This document shows, piece after piece, positions 1 to 12,659 of a DNA stretch of 34,385 nucleotides (position 1 is the first letter of the stretch; every line of letters starts with the position of its first letter). The stretch covers positions 88,432,913-88,467,297 of the forward strand of contig NC_068983.1 in the NCBI RefSeq assembly GCF_001194135.2, given 5' to 3'. Source of the stretch: Octopus bimaculoides (taxonomy: Eukaryota). Under the pieces are notes generated by a model that saw only the letters and a program-made list of their open reading frames with translations, did not search any database and was not told the origin of the DNA. The position numbers were made by a program, and so were the translations under genes.

Positions 1-399
1 TATAAAATACACTTTATTGAAATAAAGAAGTTTCTCCAAAATTAAACATATTCATAACAACCGACACACACAAACAATACGCACACATATATACGTACAA
101 TTCACGCACATACATACTCTCACAGGCACACAAATATTTTACCCAAACATCCCCATAAACATTCCCAAACATTCACATACAAACATAGATATTGACCCAT
201 ACACTAAAAATACAATAAAAATGTCTTCAAATTCAGTGGCTGACCCAAGCATTTTTGGATGAATGGGGTGGTTTATCATTTGATATCTCATGCCACTAAA
301 GTGTAAAAAGTATGTTTTTCCTTTTTTTTAAAAAAATTTTGTAAGACCTTGTAGATTTTTTTAAAAGACTTCAGGGAGACTACCTGTATGAAATGTCAC

Positions 400-491
400 A
401 GTATAGAATGTGGCCCTCTAGAGCACAGGGCCCCCTTCAGTGCAGGGCCTGACTGGGAGCACTTAGTCCAATCAGCTTAAGACCAGCCCTG
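400..491. mobile_element. Possible 3' end of a hAT-like MITE
   Basis: GC-rich patch ending in ttaagaccagccctg, which resembles CAGGGC-type hAT terminal repeats. No convincing partner TIR or TSD found. Confidence 0.25.
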
Positions 492-728
492 AGTATTTGC
501 AAATTTAATGTAACCAACTCCAGATGTTATTTAATTGACAATCTAAAGGAAGGATGATGAAGTCATCACTGGAATGACTTAAACTCAGAAATATCATAAA
601 TGATGACACATCAAAAGACATTTTCTGCCTCAGTGATCCTGCTTATAGAATAATAATATGAAATAAACCAGAACTAAAAAACAATCTCACATCAGTAATA
701 ATTGGCCAAAGAGGTAAATATATCATAC

Positions 729-1022
729 CCATCTGTATCAATACTCTCATAGATTTTGTTCATATTCTCCATCAGATTTGTTGGAATGTTAAGAGGAACA
801 CCATTTTCAATACTTCCACTACTATCGTTTGCAGGCGGTTTTTTCAAGGCCCATCTAGTTGTGGGGCAGCTGAAGGTTTCTTTCTGTTTCTTCTTACTGT
901 TCTCAGACCAATCTTGAAATTTCTTTTTGACTTGTGTGGGAGACGTTGCAATGGTTGAACATGTCTCTGCAATATTTCTGTAGTTGTTAGTGATTCCTTT
1001 ATTCTGTGATTCAACTGATGCA
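729..1022 (-). CDS. Internal coding exon (294 nt, phase 2-2) of an unidentified gene
   Basis: Acceptor ttcattttcag|T and donor GG|gtatga. Open frame ASVESQNKGITNNYRNIAETCSTIATSPTQVKKKFQDWSENSKKKQKETFSCPTTRWALKKPPANDSSGSIENGVPLNIPTNLMENMNKIYESIDTD(G). Phase fits exon 7671-7749. Confidence 0.8.
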
Positions 1023-1379
1023 CTGAAAATGAATCAATCTATTAGAGACATTTTATCTATCATCTTAATACACACACACACGCATGAACACATATTTATG
1101 AACATATTTGTGTATATCATTAAACATATACATATATTTTATATTATATAATATATTATGTATCTTAAATATATTAAGTATTTTATATAAATATTATACA
1201 AATTATTTATATTAAAATTATATATACATATACATATATATAAATATATATAAGCTTATATATACAGGGTCTCCATAAATTACATTTACAATTTGAGAAA
1301 TTCAGAGAAAAATTAAAAGCAAGGATAATTCAGCATACAATAAATTGTGGAAGTTATAAAGATAATTTATGAACACCCC

Positions 1380-1503
1380 ATATATATATACATATATACA
1401 CACATACATATATACACACACACATATATATATAAATATATATATATATATGTATTTATATATATATATATATATATGTATGTATATGTATTTATATATA
1501 TAT
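1380..1503. repeat. (TA)n/(CA)n microsatellite
   Basis: Dinucleotide tract running into an assembly gap. Confidence 0.95.
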
Positions 1504-1906
1504 NNNNNNNNNNNNNNNNNNNNNNNNNNNNNNNNNNNNNNNNNNNNNNNNNNNNNNNNNNNNNNNNNNNNNNNNNNNNNNNNNNNNNNNNNNNNNNNNN
1601 NNNNNNNNNNNNNNNNNNNNNNNNNNNNNNNNNNNNNNNNNNNNNNNNNNNNNNNNNNNNNNNNNNNNNNNNNNNNNNNNNNNNNNNNNNNNNNNNNNNN
1701 NNNNNNNNNNNNNNNNNNNNNNNNNNNNNNNNNNNNNNNNNNNNNNNNNNNNNNNNNNNNNNNNNNNNNNNNNNNNNNNNNNNNNNNNNNNNNNNNNNNN
1801 NNNNNNNNNNNNNNNNNNNNNNNNNNNNNNNNNNNNNNNNNNNNNNNNNNNNNNNNNNNNNNNNNNNNNNNNNNNNNNNNNNNNNNNNNNNNNNNNNNNN
1901 NNNNNN
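1504..1906. other. Assembly gap
   Basis: Run of N. Confidence 1.
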
Positions 1907-1907
1907 A

Positions 1908-2183
1908 GACACATGTACCCTTGACGTAGTTCTCAGGGATATTCAGCATGACACAGTGTGACAAGGCTGACCCTTTGAATTACAGGCACAACAGAAACAG
2001 GAAGTAAGAGTGAGAGAAAGTTGTGGTGAAAGAATACAGCAGGGTTCGCCACCATCCCCTGCTGGAGCCTCGTGGAGCTTTAGGTGTTTTTGCTCAATAA
2101 ACACTCACAACACCTGGTCTGGGAATTGAAACCACGATCCTATGACTGCGAGTCCACTGCCCTAACCACTGGGCCATTGCGCC
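1908..2183 (-). mobile_element. tRNA-derived SINE
   Basis: Minus strand starts GGCGCAATGGCCCAGTGGTTAGGGCAGTGGACTCGCAGTCATAGGATCGTGGTTTCAATTCCC, with pol III A-box and B-box-like motifs, followed by a non-tRNA body. Confidence 0.8.
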
Positions 2184-2785
2184 TACACACACACACATAT
2201 ATATACGTATTATATACAGCATATACATGTTATACATGTGTATTATCTATGTGTATATAAAAATACATATTTTTACACATCTATATGTATGTAGGGACAT
2301 ATACATGTATATGTGTATGTATGTATGCATCTATATATGTTTATGCATGTATAAGTATATAGGTGCATGCATAAACATTTATACTTTATTTACATTTATT
2401 TACCATCAAGCCCATGTCAGCATGGAAAACATACGTTAAATGATAATGATGATGATGATGTACTTGCACATATATATGAATTCATATTCTTGTTTTAGAT
2501 GTATAATATGTATGCATAAATATATACATTGTGTGTATATATATGTATAGATGTTGGCATGTGTATATATTTATGTATATATACTTACATAAATATATGT
2601 ATATGTCTCTAATACATCAAAGTGTCATATCAGATATATTTGATGGCCGTTTATTGAGTTCTGTACAGTGTTTGACATGTGAATGAGTAAGTTGATAATT
2701 TTAAAAAAATGAAAACATTCTTTTTTTTTTTTTTATATGGGTGCAAGTGTGGCTGTGTGGTAAGAAGCTTTCTTCCCAACCTCAT

Positions 2786-2914
2786 TGGTGGTAGTTATGC
2801 CACCGGTGGGGGAGGAGCCACTGTCGATGGGAATTGTGCCACCGACAGCGGAAGTGGCTACCTCGTCCCTGGAGGAAGAGGAATTATTGGTCTTCTACAG
2901 AGGCGGAGAGGTTG
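2786..2914 (+). mobile_element. Probable LINE ORF1-like fragment (Tx1/L1-like), following a truncated SINE head at about 2740-2780
   Basis: GC-rich stretch encoding PPVGEEPLSMGIVPPTAEVATSSLEEEE, cut by a gap. The family assignment is from recollection only. Confidence 0.3.
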
Positions 2915-3203
2915 NNNNNNNNNNNNNNNNNNNNNNNNNNNNNNNNNNNNNNNNNNNNNNNNNNNNNNNNNNNNNNNNNNNNNNNNNNNNNNNNNNNNNN
3001 NNNNNNNNNNNNNNNNNNNNNNNNNNNNNNNNNNNNNNNNNNNNNNNNNNNNNNNNNNNNNNNNNNNNNNNNNNNNNNNNNNNNNNNNNNNNNNNNNNNN
3101 NNNNNNNNNNNNNNNNNNNNNNNNNNNNNNNNNNNNNNNNNNNNNNNNNNNNNNNNNNNNNNNNNNNNNNNNNNNNNNNNNNNNNNNNNNNNNNNNNNNN
3201 NNN
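2915..3203. other. Assembly gap
   Basis: Run of N. Confidence 1.
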
Positions 3204-3259
3204 AAACCTCATTTTGTTTAAACAAAGTAAGAGGCGTAATGCCTCCTTTTTGTATCAAT

Positions 3260-3560
3260 GAGCGAGATCGTTGCCAGTGCCACCGAACTGGCTCCTGTGC
3301 AGGTGGCACGTAAAATACACCATTTTGAGCATAGCTGTTGCCAGTACCGCCTGACTGGCCTTCGTGCCAGTGGCACGTAAAAGCACCCACTACACTCTCA
3401 GAGTGGTTGGCGTTAGGAAGGGCATCCAGCTGTAGAAACTCTGCCAAATCAGATTGGAGCCTGGTGTAGCCATCTGGTTTCACCAGTCCTCAGTCAAATC
3501 GTCCAACCCATGCTAGCATGGAAAGCGGACGTTAAACGATGATGATGATGATGATGATGA
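3260..3560 (+). mobile_element. RTE-clade LINE 3' UTR/tail
   Basis: gtggttggcgttaggaagggcatccagctgtagaaac...gcatggaaagcggacgttaaac(gat)n, the same tail as the RT-bearing copies at 3672 and 32348. Confidence 0.85.
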
Positions 3561-3671
3561 CGTCTGTATTAGGTATTATTGTGTATAAAGTTTCACATAT
3601 ATGTGTATGTGTTTTTATGTGTGTGTGTATATATGTGAGTGTATACATGTATGTAGACTCCATCAAATGCT

Positions 3672-4610
3672 AGAGGAGAAAGCTTGAAGTAGTTGATAGA
3701 TTCTGTTGTCTAGGTGACCAAGCCAGCTGTGGAGGTGGATACTCCAAGAGTGTAGCTACTAGAATAAGAATAGGCTGGGCAAAGTTCAGAGAGCGCCAAC
3801 TGCTGTTGGTGACAAAAGGCCTCTCCCTGAGAATGAAAGGCAGACTGTATGTTGCCTGTGTGTGAATAGCCATGCTCTATGGCAATGAAATGTGGGCTGT
3901 GATCACCAAGGACATGCGAAAGCTTGAAAGAAATGAAGCTTTTATGCTTCACTGGATGTGCAAAGTCAGTGTGCATGTATGACAGAGTGTAAGTGTCTTG
4001 ACAGAAAAGTTGGGCATAAGGGGCATCAGATGTGGTGTGCAAGAGAGACAACTGCACTGGTATGACCATGTTATGCATATGGACAAGGACAGCTACATAA
4101 AGAATCACCAATATGTAACTGTAGAGGGAACCATGGGAAGAGGTGGTGAAGCATGATCTTTGAACATTGGGCCTCATGGAGGGAATGACAAATGACCGAG
4201 GCCTCTGGCAGTATGTCATGCTTGAGAAAACCTATCAAGCCAAGTGAAACTGTAGTTGTGGCCGATGCCAGTGTCATGTAACAGGTGCCCATGTCGGTGG
4301 CATGTAAAACATGCCCCTTGAACATTGGGCCTCACAGAGGCAATGATAAATCATGCTTAAGAAGACCTTTCAAGCCAAGTGAAAACATAGTCATGGCTGA
4401 TGCTGGTGTCACGTAACTGGCATCCATGCCAGTGACTTGTAAAATGCACCCATTACACTCTTGGAGGCCTTGGTATTAAGAAGGGCATTCATCTGTAGAA
4501 ACCATGTCAAATCAGCTTAACATCTGTGTAGCTCTCCAGCTTACAGGTTTCAGTTAAACCACCTAACCCATGTCAGCATGGAAAGCAGACGCTTAATGAT
4601 GATGATGATG
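3672..4610 (+). mobile_element. 5'-truncated, decayed RTE-clade LINE (RT C-terminal region plus 3' UTR)
   Basis: Encodes GEKLEVVDRFCCLGDQASCGGGYSKSVATRIRIGWAKFRE with later stops and frameshifts. Ends in a (GAT)n tail and is homologous to 32747-33789. Confidence 0.85.
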
Positions 4611-4611
4611 T

Positions 4612-4695
4612 TTGTATATATATATATATATGAATGTATGCATATGTATGTATGTAGGAATGTATGTATTTATGTATATGCATGTATATGTATGT

Positions 4696-4727
<32 letters not shown>

Positions 4728-4790
4728 ATATATATATATGTATGTGTATGTATATATATTCATATATATATATATACATATATATAAATT
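4612..4790. repeat. (TA)n/(TATG)n microsatellite
   Basis: Simple repeat tract. Confidence 0.95.
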
Positions 4791-4885
4791 ATACTATTTT
4801 ATAGATATTGTTATTAATTAACAATACTCGTAGACAGGCTAGAATCGAAGTGCTCAACTTGAGCTAAGTTCCAATTTATAATTTG

Positions 4886-5698
4886 AGTGGAGGCAATACG
4901 AGCGGAAAACTAGAGGAACATGATCTATTATCCAGCAGAATATTCAATATATATGCACACTTACTTTGACATTAATAAAGTGACATAAAGCTCAATTTAA
5001 TAGAAGTATTAATAACATACAAGCATATAGACATATATATATTTTTATAAGCCCGCAATATATGAAATTCATGTCATATTAACTGACACGTCTCCGAAAC
5101 AGCCCGTCGATGAAACTTTTGGATTCATTGAACATTGTCTCTAATTTCAGTATGTCCGTTTAATGCTTTAAAATGTCTGACTTTCTACTTCCCACACACT
5201 TTGTGTTGTAACTTGAAATCTTTAGTCCTTATAACATATCCTATGAACTTATAATTTACTATATCCTATTTCATATCGACGTCTTCTATTTTAAAATGCC
5301 TATATATTTATAAATATCTAAATGTTTCTAAATATTCTATGTGCTTGTGTTGTGACCTCTAAATTTTTATTCCTCTATAATATATCGTGTGAATTTATAA
5401 TTCACTATGTCTTATATAATATCGACGTTTTTATATCTTATTATGTGTATATGTTGTACTTATTTCACTTATATATTTTTTAAAATGCCTATGTATTTAT
5501 AAATGTTTTTAAATATTTTAGATATTTGCAGGCTTATAAAAATATGTATATGTCTATATGCTTGTATGTTATTAATACTTCTATTAAGTTGAGCTTTATG
5601 TCACTTTATTAATGTCAAAGTAAGTGTGCATATATATTGAATATTTTGCTGGATAATAGATCATGTTCCTCTAGTTTTCCGCTCGTATTGCCTCCACT
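4886..5698. repeat. Inverted repeat with arms 4886-5061 and 5522-5698, probably Penelope-like
   Basis: Arms of about 176 bp with about 5 differences counted by eye. The 460-bp spacer contains a degenerate tandem duplication of about 140 bp. The right arm abuts a gap. Confidence 0.8.
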
Positions 5699-5818
5699 NN
5701 NNNNNNNNNNNNNNNNNNNNNNNNNNNNNNNNNNNNNNNNNNNNNNNNNNNNNNNNNNNNNNNNNNNNNNNNNNNNNNNNNNNNNNNNNNNNNNNNNNNN
5801 NNNNNNNNNNNNNNNNNN
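5699..5818. other. Assembly gap
   Basis: Run of N. Confidence 1.
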
Positions 5819-5861
<43 letters not shown>

Positions 5862-7046
5862 ATGCATATATGTGTATGCATATATATGCACACATAAATG
5901 AGTGAGTGTGTACATGTGCAAATGTATAAATATGTACATACTGTTTATATCTCATAATTTAAAGTTTTTAGTATAATCTTTATTTTGCCATTCCTTTCCC
6001 ACAACCAATAGACATATAACTAATCACACCATCTGTTTTACTCTGGGCAGCAATAAGCATATGTTTATGCATGTATGATTGCATAGTTAATTGATTTAAA
6101 AGTGATATTTACCCATATACATATATAAGTAATAATGTTTATTACCAATGAAACAGCTGTTGAGCACAAACAAATTAGGAGCTACACATGAAATTTACAC
6201 TTTGCTATTTTTTATTTCACCCTCCCACCCCCACACATACATAAAAATATGTATGCATGCATGCATGTCCCTCTCCCCAGAACTACTTCTTTTTGACATC
6301 TAACCCTTATTCTTAACATCATCCCTCTGCACTGATATTTTCCATTGATAGCCCTTTTTCTACCACTTATCATTCCCTGAACCATTTCCAGTTGGATCCA
6401 TACTTCACTCTTGACACTGTCTCATATCTGCCAATGACCTGTTATTATTACATCCCCCTTTACACATCTCCCACTCTCCCCCACAAACTCTTGCAACTTT
6501 TACCCATCCACCACTACCCATCATCTCTTTATTTCTTATTTTTCTCCTACTTATTATATTAGTATTATTTTGCTGCACTTCATCCTTTTTTGTATGCCCA
6601 GTCATCACCTTTCCACTGGGACACTTCTATTGATATCCGCCCCTCAATCTCATCCCCTTTCTGCAGCTCATATTTACCCTCAACTGTCATTGCACCCTTA
6701 TTCTCCATTCATACATTCAGCCTCCCCCCCCCCCACTATCTGCAGCCATTTCTTACTCTCTCTAACACCTTGGTAATTTCTATCAACCAACCTTTCCTGA
6801 TCTTCTGATCCACCACTCTTCTATTCACATTCTTGTACTTTGAGGGCATACTCTGACACCTCATGGTTACTATCTATATCTCTCTTTCCAGTTCCACTCC
6901 AATTACTCCCATCCAAGTTTATGTGAAGTAACCATATATCTTCTCCTTCTTTCTCTACACCTGTTCATGTCTATTCTATTATACTTTAACCTCTCGATCC
7001 TTAGCACTTCCCCCCCCCACCTCCTCTCTACTACTCTCCTTTTCAT

Positions 7047-7270
7047 TTGAGGGACCTTGCAAGTTACATAGTAATCTCACTAGTGCTGGTGCCACAATAA
7101 AAGCACATAGTACATATTGTTAAGTGTTTGGATTTAGGAAAGCCTCCAGCCATAGAAACCATGCCAAAGCAGACACTGGAGGAAAATGCAAGTCTTTTAA
7201 CTGATAAGACCCTGTTGAACCATCCAACCCATGCCAACATGGAAAATAGGTATTAAATGATGATGAAGAT
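7047..7270 (+). mobile_element. Non-autonomous repeat with RTE-type 3' tail
   Basis: gtgctggtgccac...aggaaagcctccagccatagaaaccatgcc...catccaacccatgccaacatggaaa...aaatgatgatg. Confidence 0.7.
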
Positions 7271-7670
7271 ATTTATAAGTCAGAATAATAAGCACTTGTA
7301 TATTTGTCATTAGAGTGGCTTTATTAATTATAAAGTATAAAGTATTATAGATCCATTTCAACCAATCTTACCTCAGTTTCACATAGAATGTTAGGTAATT
7401 AATTACCTGAGACTATATACAGCAAAACAGCTAGTATGGAAAAAAATTGTTATTCATTCCATACTGGCTACTTTGATGAGTGTAGTTTTAGGTAATTATC
7501 TAATTACCTAATATTGTGTGCAAAACCAATTGGTAAGATAAGCTGAAATGGATCTGTAATACTGTTTACTTCATGATGAAAATACACACACATGAACACA
7601 CATGTACACACACACACATGTACTCACAGACACATATCTCGACACACACATTTGTACACTGATGTCTTAC

Positions 7671-7749
7671 CTTTGATAGTAATGCATCTTGCTTTTTTGG
7701 TATTCAGTTATGGAATAAGGCTCCTTAGCCAGAGATTCTCCATAAACAA
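7671..7749 (-). CDS. Internal coding exon (79 nt, phase 1-2) of an unidentified gene
   Basis: Acceptor ttttgaagctttag|TT and donor AAAG|gtaaga. Encodes (V)VYGESLAKEPYSITEYQKSKMHYYQ(S). Phases fit both neighbouring exons. Confidence 0.8.
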
Positions 7750-8388
7750 CTAAAGCTTCAAAAGAATAGGAAATTGAAATTACATGTTGTAGACAATAAA
7801 ATTTAAGTGGAATTTAGGATACTTAAAGGATACTTTTGATGTATTTTCTCAAGAAAGTAAATTGAGGAAATATCAAAATGAAGGAATAGACAAGAGACAT
7901 GATACAATGGTGCTTGTTGAATATGGTGTTGCAAAAGTGGATGTGTTAAAGGTGGTGGAAGGTTTGATCAAAGTAAGAGGAGTTTAATATGAAGCAACAA
8001 TAATAGCAATACAGCTGCTGCCATCATGAGTTTTGATATTTTCATTATAGATGAAAGACTTTGTTAAATTTTGAAATGTAGAACAGACCCTGAATCCACA
8101 ATTACAGTCACCATTAGATATGAGTTCTGAGGTAAATAAGATACATCTCTGAAGAAGCCATGAATCAATTATACAACTGATATGACATTTACCCTTTAGC
8201 ATTTAAACTGGCCATATCTGGCCCAACTATTCTGCCTTGTTTTATGTTCAAACTGGTCAGATTCAGCCTCTCACATGGGCTTTATTATGTCATTTTGATC
8301 ATAACCAATCATATCATTGAAATCTTAAAGCTGTGAAACAATGCATGATTAATTCAAAGCCTCCTCAAATCACATCTTTTATCTTTTA

Positions 8389-8762
8389 GTTGTTTCAGTG
8401 GCTATGCTGGGGCACCACCTTGAAAAGTTTTTAGTTGAATGAATCGACCACAGTACTTTTATTTTAAGCCCGGTACTTATTCTATTGATCCCTTTTGTCA
8501 AAGCACTAAGTTATGGGGATGTAAACATACCAACAATGGATGTCAAGCAGTGGTGGAGGACAAACACAGTCACAAAGACACACACACACACATGTATATA
8601 CAACAGGCTTCTTTCAGTTTCCATCAACCAAATTTACTCACAAGGCTTTGGTCGGCCCAAGGCTATAGTAGAAGACACTTGCCAAGGTGCTAAGCAGTGG
8701 GACTGAACCCAGAACCATGTGTTTGGTAAGCAAGCTACTTACCACACAGCTACACCTGTGCC
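8389..8762 (-). mobile_element. tRNA-derived SINE, near full length
   Basis: Minus strand GGCACAGGTGTAGCTGTGTGGTAAGTAGCTTGCTTACCAAACACATGGTTCTGGGTTCAGTCCC head, an internal (TG)n tract, and a 3' tail ...aaggtggtgccccagcatagcc. Confidence 0.85.
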
Positions 8763-9243
8763 TACATCTTCAAAAAAAAGTCATAGTTTGAATGCCTTTA
8801 ATCATAGGTTTGCCCAGTCAAGGCTGATTTGGGATTAAACAAGAGAAAATATGCAACCTGCTTCTAGAAATTTGGCATTATGAGATGTACCAGGACCTCT
8901 TAATTTTGAACATAGTAAAGGTAGATGAAAATTGTGCTTTTGACAAATCTAGTACTGAGAGAATAAGATATAAAAAGAATGGAATGTGTTGCTATTGACA
9001 AACTTGTACTGTAAACATGAGTTGTAATGAGGAAACCCATATCTAGAACATCTATACCTGTCAGAGGATATGTATCTTTTTGCTAAGAGGCAGGAGGTGA
9101 TGGAAAGAATACTACACTAACTATACTAAAATGAATTAATGGATGAAAGACTTGTGGTCAAAAATAAGTCTTTTTAACATGTACACCAGAACTAATATTC
9201 ATGCACACATATTTTTAATGATAAAACCCCCAAATGACAAATA

Positions 9244-9278
<35 letters not shown>

Positions 9279-9324
9279 TTCCATTCATGCATGCATGAGT
9301 GTGTGTGTGTATATATATGTCATT

Positions 9325-9535
9325 GTCATCATCATCATCATTTAAAGCTCTTTTTATTTTTCATGTTGGCATTGGTGGAACAATTTGACAAGAACAGACA
9401 AGCTAGGTTCTGTGTCTGCTTTGGCATGGTTTTTACAGTTGGATGCCTTTCGTAACACCAACCACTTAATAGAGTGTACTAGGTGTTTTTCACATGGTAC
9501 CAGCACCAGTGAGGTCACTAAATACCCACAAGGTA
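9325..9535 (-). mobile_element. Repeat with RTE-type 3' tail
   Basis: Reverse complement of the same tail, ending in (GAT)n on the minus strand. Confidence 0.7.
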
Positions 9536-9826
9536 AGACCCCTCAACTGAGCAGAGGAATAAGCCTGGAAGAATAAGAACTGAGCAGAGGAATATAGACT
9601 GGAGGAATAAGAAACTAAGATAGAGGGAGAAGGGCAGGTATCTTGCTGAAGAGGTGAATGCATGGTTTGTCCACCTGGAAATTCAGAGAAAGAGAAAGAT
9701 GTAAGGTCCAAGTATAACATGAATATGAGACAGGCTAGGACATATATATACAAATAGCAATGTTTATGACATTATACCAGTGCGCAGATGATTATGATAA
9801 TGATGATAAAATGGCAATGATGGCAC

Positions 9827-9857
<31 letters not shown>

Positions 9858-9866
9858 CAGACTTAC

Positions 9867-9994
9867 CTTTGGGAAAACGCCGAGTAGAAAGTAATATCTC
9901 AGGTGATGTCATCATTCTCTTCGGTTGTGGTGTTGTTGCACCTGTTGTGCAACACATTGGCCTTGCTGTGGCTGCACGATATAGTTTCAGATTC
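9867..9994 (-). CDS. Internal coding exon (128 nt, phase 2-1) of an unidentified gene
   Basis: Acceptor tgttattgtag|G and consensus donor AAAG|gtaagt. Only one frame is open: NLKLYRAATARPMCCTTGATTPQPKRMMTSPEILLSTRRFPK. Confidence 0.8.
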
Positions 9995-10329
9995 CTACAA
10001 TAACATATTTACTAATATTACAATTTTGGAAAAAAATTTTGTTTTTAAATATAACTTTGATCATTTATTTCATAGGTGCCATTATCCTCACAATCACCAC
10101 AACTATATCAGTTCTTATCATTGTTATCAGAGTTATTTGTTCAGTCAGGAGATAAAGAAAGTGTAGAGTATTCACAATTTCAACCAGTTGGCAACACAAA
10201 TCACAAATATGTGATTTGCACTGTCCATTTATATAGGACACCTTATCAGAGATCTCCTTACTAGAAGCTGAATGCAACCTTCCTTGTACACACACACATA
10301 CACACACAAAATAAACCTTCCGGTGACTA

Positions 10330-11340
10330 GATTAGTGAATTAGTTAAGTGGCACTTGATAGGTCCAATTATTAGCAATGTGTGGTGTGTTGTTCTGAAGA
10401 ATGAGATTAGAGCAGAATTGATTGGGTATACCAAAGAAGGAGAGATAAAGGAAAACAAATTAGAAGCAAACAAGTGAGAAAATTCGAAGAGGCTAGTAGG
10501 AAAGGTATCATGGCTAATGAGGAGAAAGGTCTTCAAAAATTTGTTCAATGTGAAGGAAAAAATTGGAGTTGTCAGAGCTAAAGTGTGTTCTTTTTATGCA
10601 TGTAAAAATGAAAGTTTTTATCATCCAAGCTCTGTAGATGGGCTCAATTAACAAAAGCAACAAAGGCTCCATTAGGTCTTTGGCAAACCAAGATGAATAC
10701 AAACTCAAGTATAGACAGATGTGTGCAGATTTCCAGTCACTGTTCAGGGCAATCACTGGTAGCTATGGACAAGTAAAGAACTTTAGTACTTATCTCAATG
10801 GCCTGTCACAGCTCTTGACAGAAGACATAAGGTACTATAGAAAGCCAGTAACAACAGCTGAGATATGGTTGGTGATAAGTAATTGTAAGAGGAGCAAATT
10901 GCTGATCACCTACTTTGGATGGTTTGCTCCTTGAACTTTATATATACATGCAAGAGGTGTTTACTGAGGTCTTAGTGGACATCTACAGCAACTGGCAGCA
11001 GAACAGAGGTATTTCCAGTTTTGTTAGCCAAGGACTGATAGCACAAGTGAGGATGTAAACAAAAGAAACATCATTAATTTCCAGTCGATAACTCTGCTGA
11101 ATACAAAGTTTAAGACTTTGGCCTAGGAACTAGCAAAGTGGTTGGTGCTTAATGCCAGTACTGGGGTCAGGGAATGCACAGTCCTGAGTGAACCCAGCAA
11201 GGCCTATCCATGACAATCTCCACCTCATCTGACACAATGTCATACAGAATGGATAACAAACCTGACTTTGACAAACTTATCAAATTGCATCTATAAATAG
11301 CTTTCAATATGGGTGGCTTTATGCCAGGTGTTGAAAGGGT
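10330..11340 (+). pseudogene. Decayed Tx1/L1-clade LINE ORF2 (linker plus RT N-terminal motifs)
   Basis: Broken-frame peptides KPVTTAEIWLVISNCKRSK, NFQSITLLNTKFKTLA*ELAKWL and IHDNLHLI resemble L1/Tx1 RT motifs (PIT.EEI..K..K.PG.DG; RPISLLN.DYKILAK.LA.RL; GR.I.DN). Confidence 0.6.
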
Positions 11341-11442
11341 AAAATATGTTAAAGGCTTAAAGCCACCCACCTCCACTTTCCCCTTCCAAATACTTCTTCA
11401 TAGTTGTGGGAGCTTTTTCCCTTTCCTCTGTTCTATTTTGTT

Positions 11443-11664
11443 TTGCAAATAGTAATTTGCAACCTCACTATTGCCAGTGCCACATAAAAGCACCCATTAC
11501 ACTCTATAAAGTGGTCGGTATTAGGAAGGGCATTCAACTGCAGAAACCATGCCAAAGATGACCCTGGAGCTTGACACAGCTCTGCAGCTCACCAGTACCC
11601 TTTCAAACCATCCAATCTATACCAGCATGGAAAGTGGACACTAAATGATGATGATGTTGATGAT
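11443..11664 (+). mobile_element. Repeat with RTE-type 3' tail
   Basis: gtattaggaagggcattcaactgcagaaaccatgcc...ccagcatggaaagtggacactaaatgatgatgatg. Confidence 0.75.
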
Positions 11665-12659
11665 AACCATGCTATCTGTTTGCATATAAAACTTTTTCAA
11701 TTCAACATGTAATTTTTGTCTTTTTTCCGCACAATCTGTTACTTTCATTTTCTTTCCGAGCAACACACACTCACTCTTTCTCTCTCTGTCTCTCACTCTC
11801 TCTCTCTCTCTGCTGCTCTCTTCTGACTTTATTCAATTGCATGATTATATAGGTTATTAATACTAAAATGTACAAATATATTTGTTGATGAAAAGTAATG
11901 CAGAGGAAATAAGTTATACAATCACATGAATTCAAAACTACAGTAAGTCTTCCAATGTGATTTGTACCAATCACTTAAAGTGGAAGGAAGTTGTGAAAAG
12001 GGAGACCTAAGAATACATGAGATGATTTCAAAATGCTGATCCTTATGAAGGAGATGATAGAAGACTGAGATATGTGGTGCATTGCAATACTCAAGAGACC
12101 TGCCCATCACAACAGAATTGAGATCCTAAAGTCAAGGTGCCACATAAAAATCATTGGTATTTATGCAGGTGCCATGTAAAAAGCAACCAGTTCACTCTGT
12201 AGAGTGGTTGGTGTTAGGAAATTAGGTTAAACATGTCAGAAAAATTACTCAAATTAGGAATCAAATGTGGAAATATTGTTAAATAATTTTCTTCTAGTCA
12301 TTATAATAGAGGCTGACATAGTCAGTACCAATCTAGAGAAATGTGAAGCAATAAAAAGTGGGGAAAAACCAACCCACACAAGTTGGTAGGCTTGCACATA
12401 ATCCTCTAGAAAGATGAGTCTATAATGCTGGGTCAAAGGACCCTTTAAGTTACTTGTTTAATCCAGATTTCCAAACAAAATATGTGATAAGATTATGTGC
12501 AGAGTGGCCAGCCTTACCTAAAAATGAGAGTAAGTGTATGTCATATTCAACTTGACTGTTGTTGCTTTGCTCCAGTTTATATTTGATCAGATTGGAGCAT
12601 CTGCTTTTTTGCTTTTTGTGGAAGTAAACTAACTGTTTCACTGATGAGACAATCTACCT

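Noticed and set aside
2110-2183. tRNA-like sequences at SINE heads (also 8690-8762)
   Set aside because: They continue into SINE bodies and do not give complete cloverleaves, so they are not called tRNA genes.
2778-3213. aacctcatt on both sides of the gap as a possible target-site duplication
   Set aside because: Most of the intervening sequence is N, so the insertion boundaries cannot be evaluated.
1302-3483. Long ORFs in the supplied track spanning N gaps and (TA)n tracts (also 4573-4821, 5615-5955, 26620-27369)
   Set aside because: They are open only because N runs and YI/IY microsatellites contain no stop codons.
3470-3500. Minus-strand CTGAGGA-ctggt-GAAAC in the RTE tail
   Set aside because: No stem II, no NUH site and no stem I.
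5075-5116. Hammerhead-like string CTGACAC-GTCTCC-GAAAC-AGCCC-GTC
   Set aside because: It lacks G8-A9, has no stem II pairing and no stem I adjacent to the core. At most a heavily decayed remnant.
9545-9611. Two tandem units of about 32 nt (aactgagcagaggaata...)
   Set aside because: A plain tandem duplication without unique spacers in eukaryotic DNA; not CRISPR.
9640-9690. CTGAAGA-ggtg...cacc-tg-GAAA
   Set aside because: Stem II is possible, but no stem III, NUH site or stem I follows.
12518-12600. Minus-strand candidate exon with TAG|gtaagg donor
   Set aside because: The acceptor lacks a polypyrimidine tract, and the phase-1 end is incompatible with the next exon.
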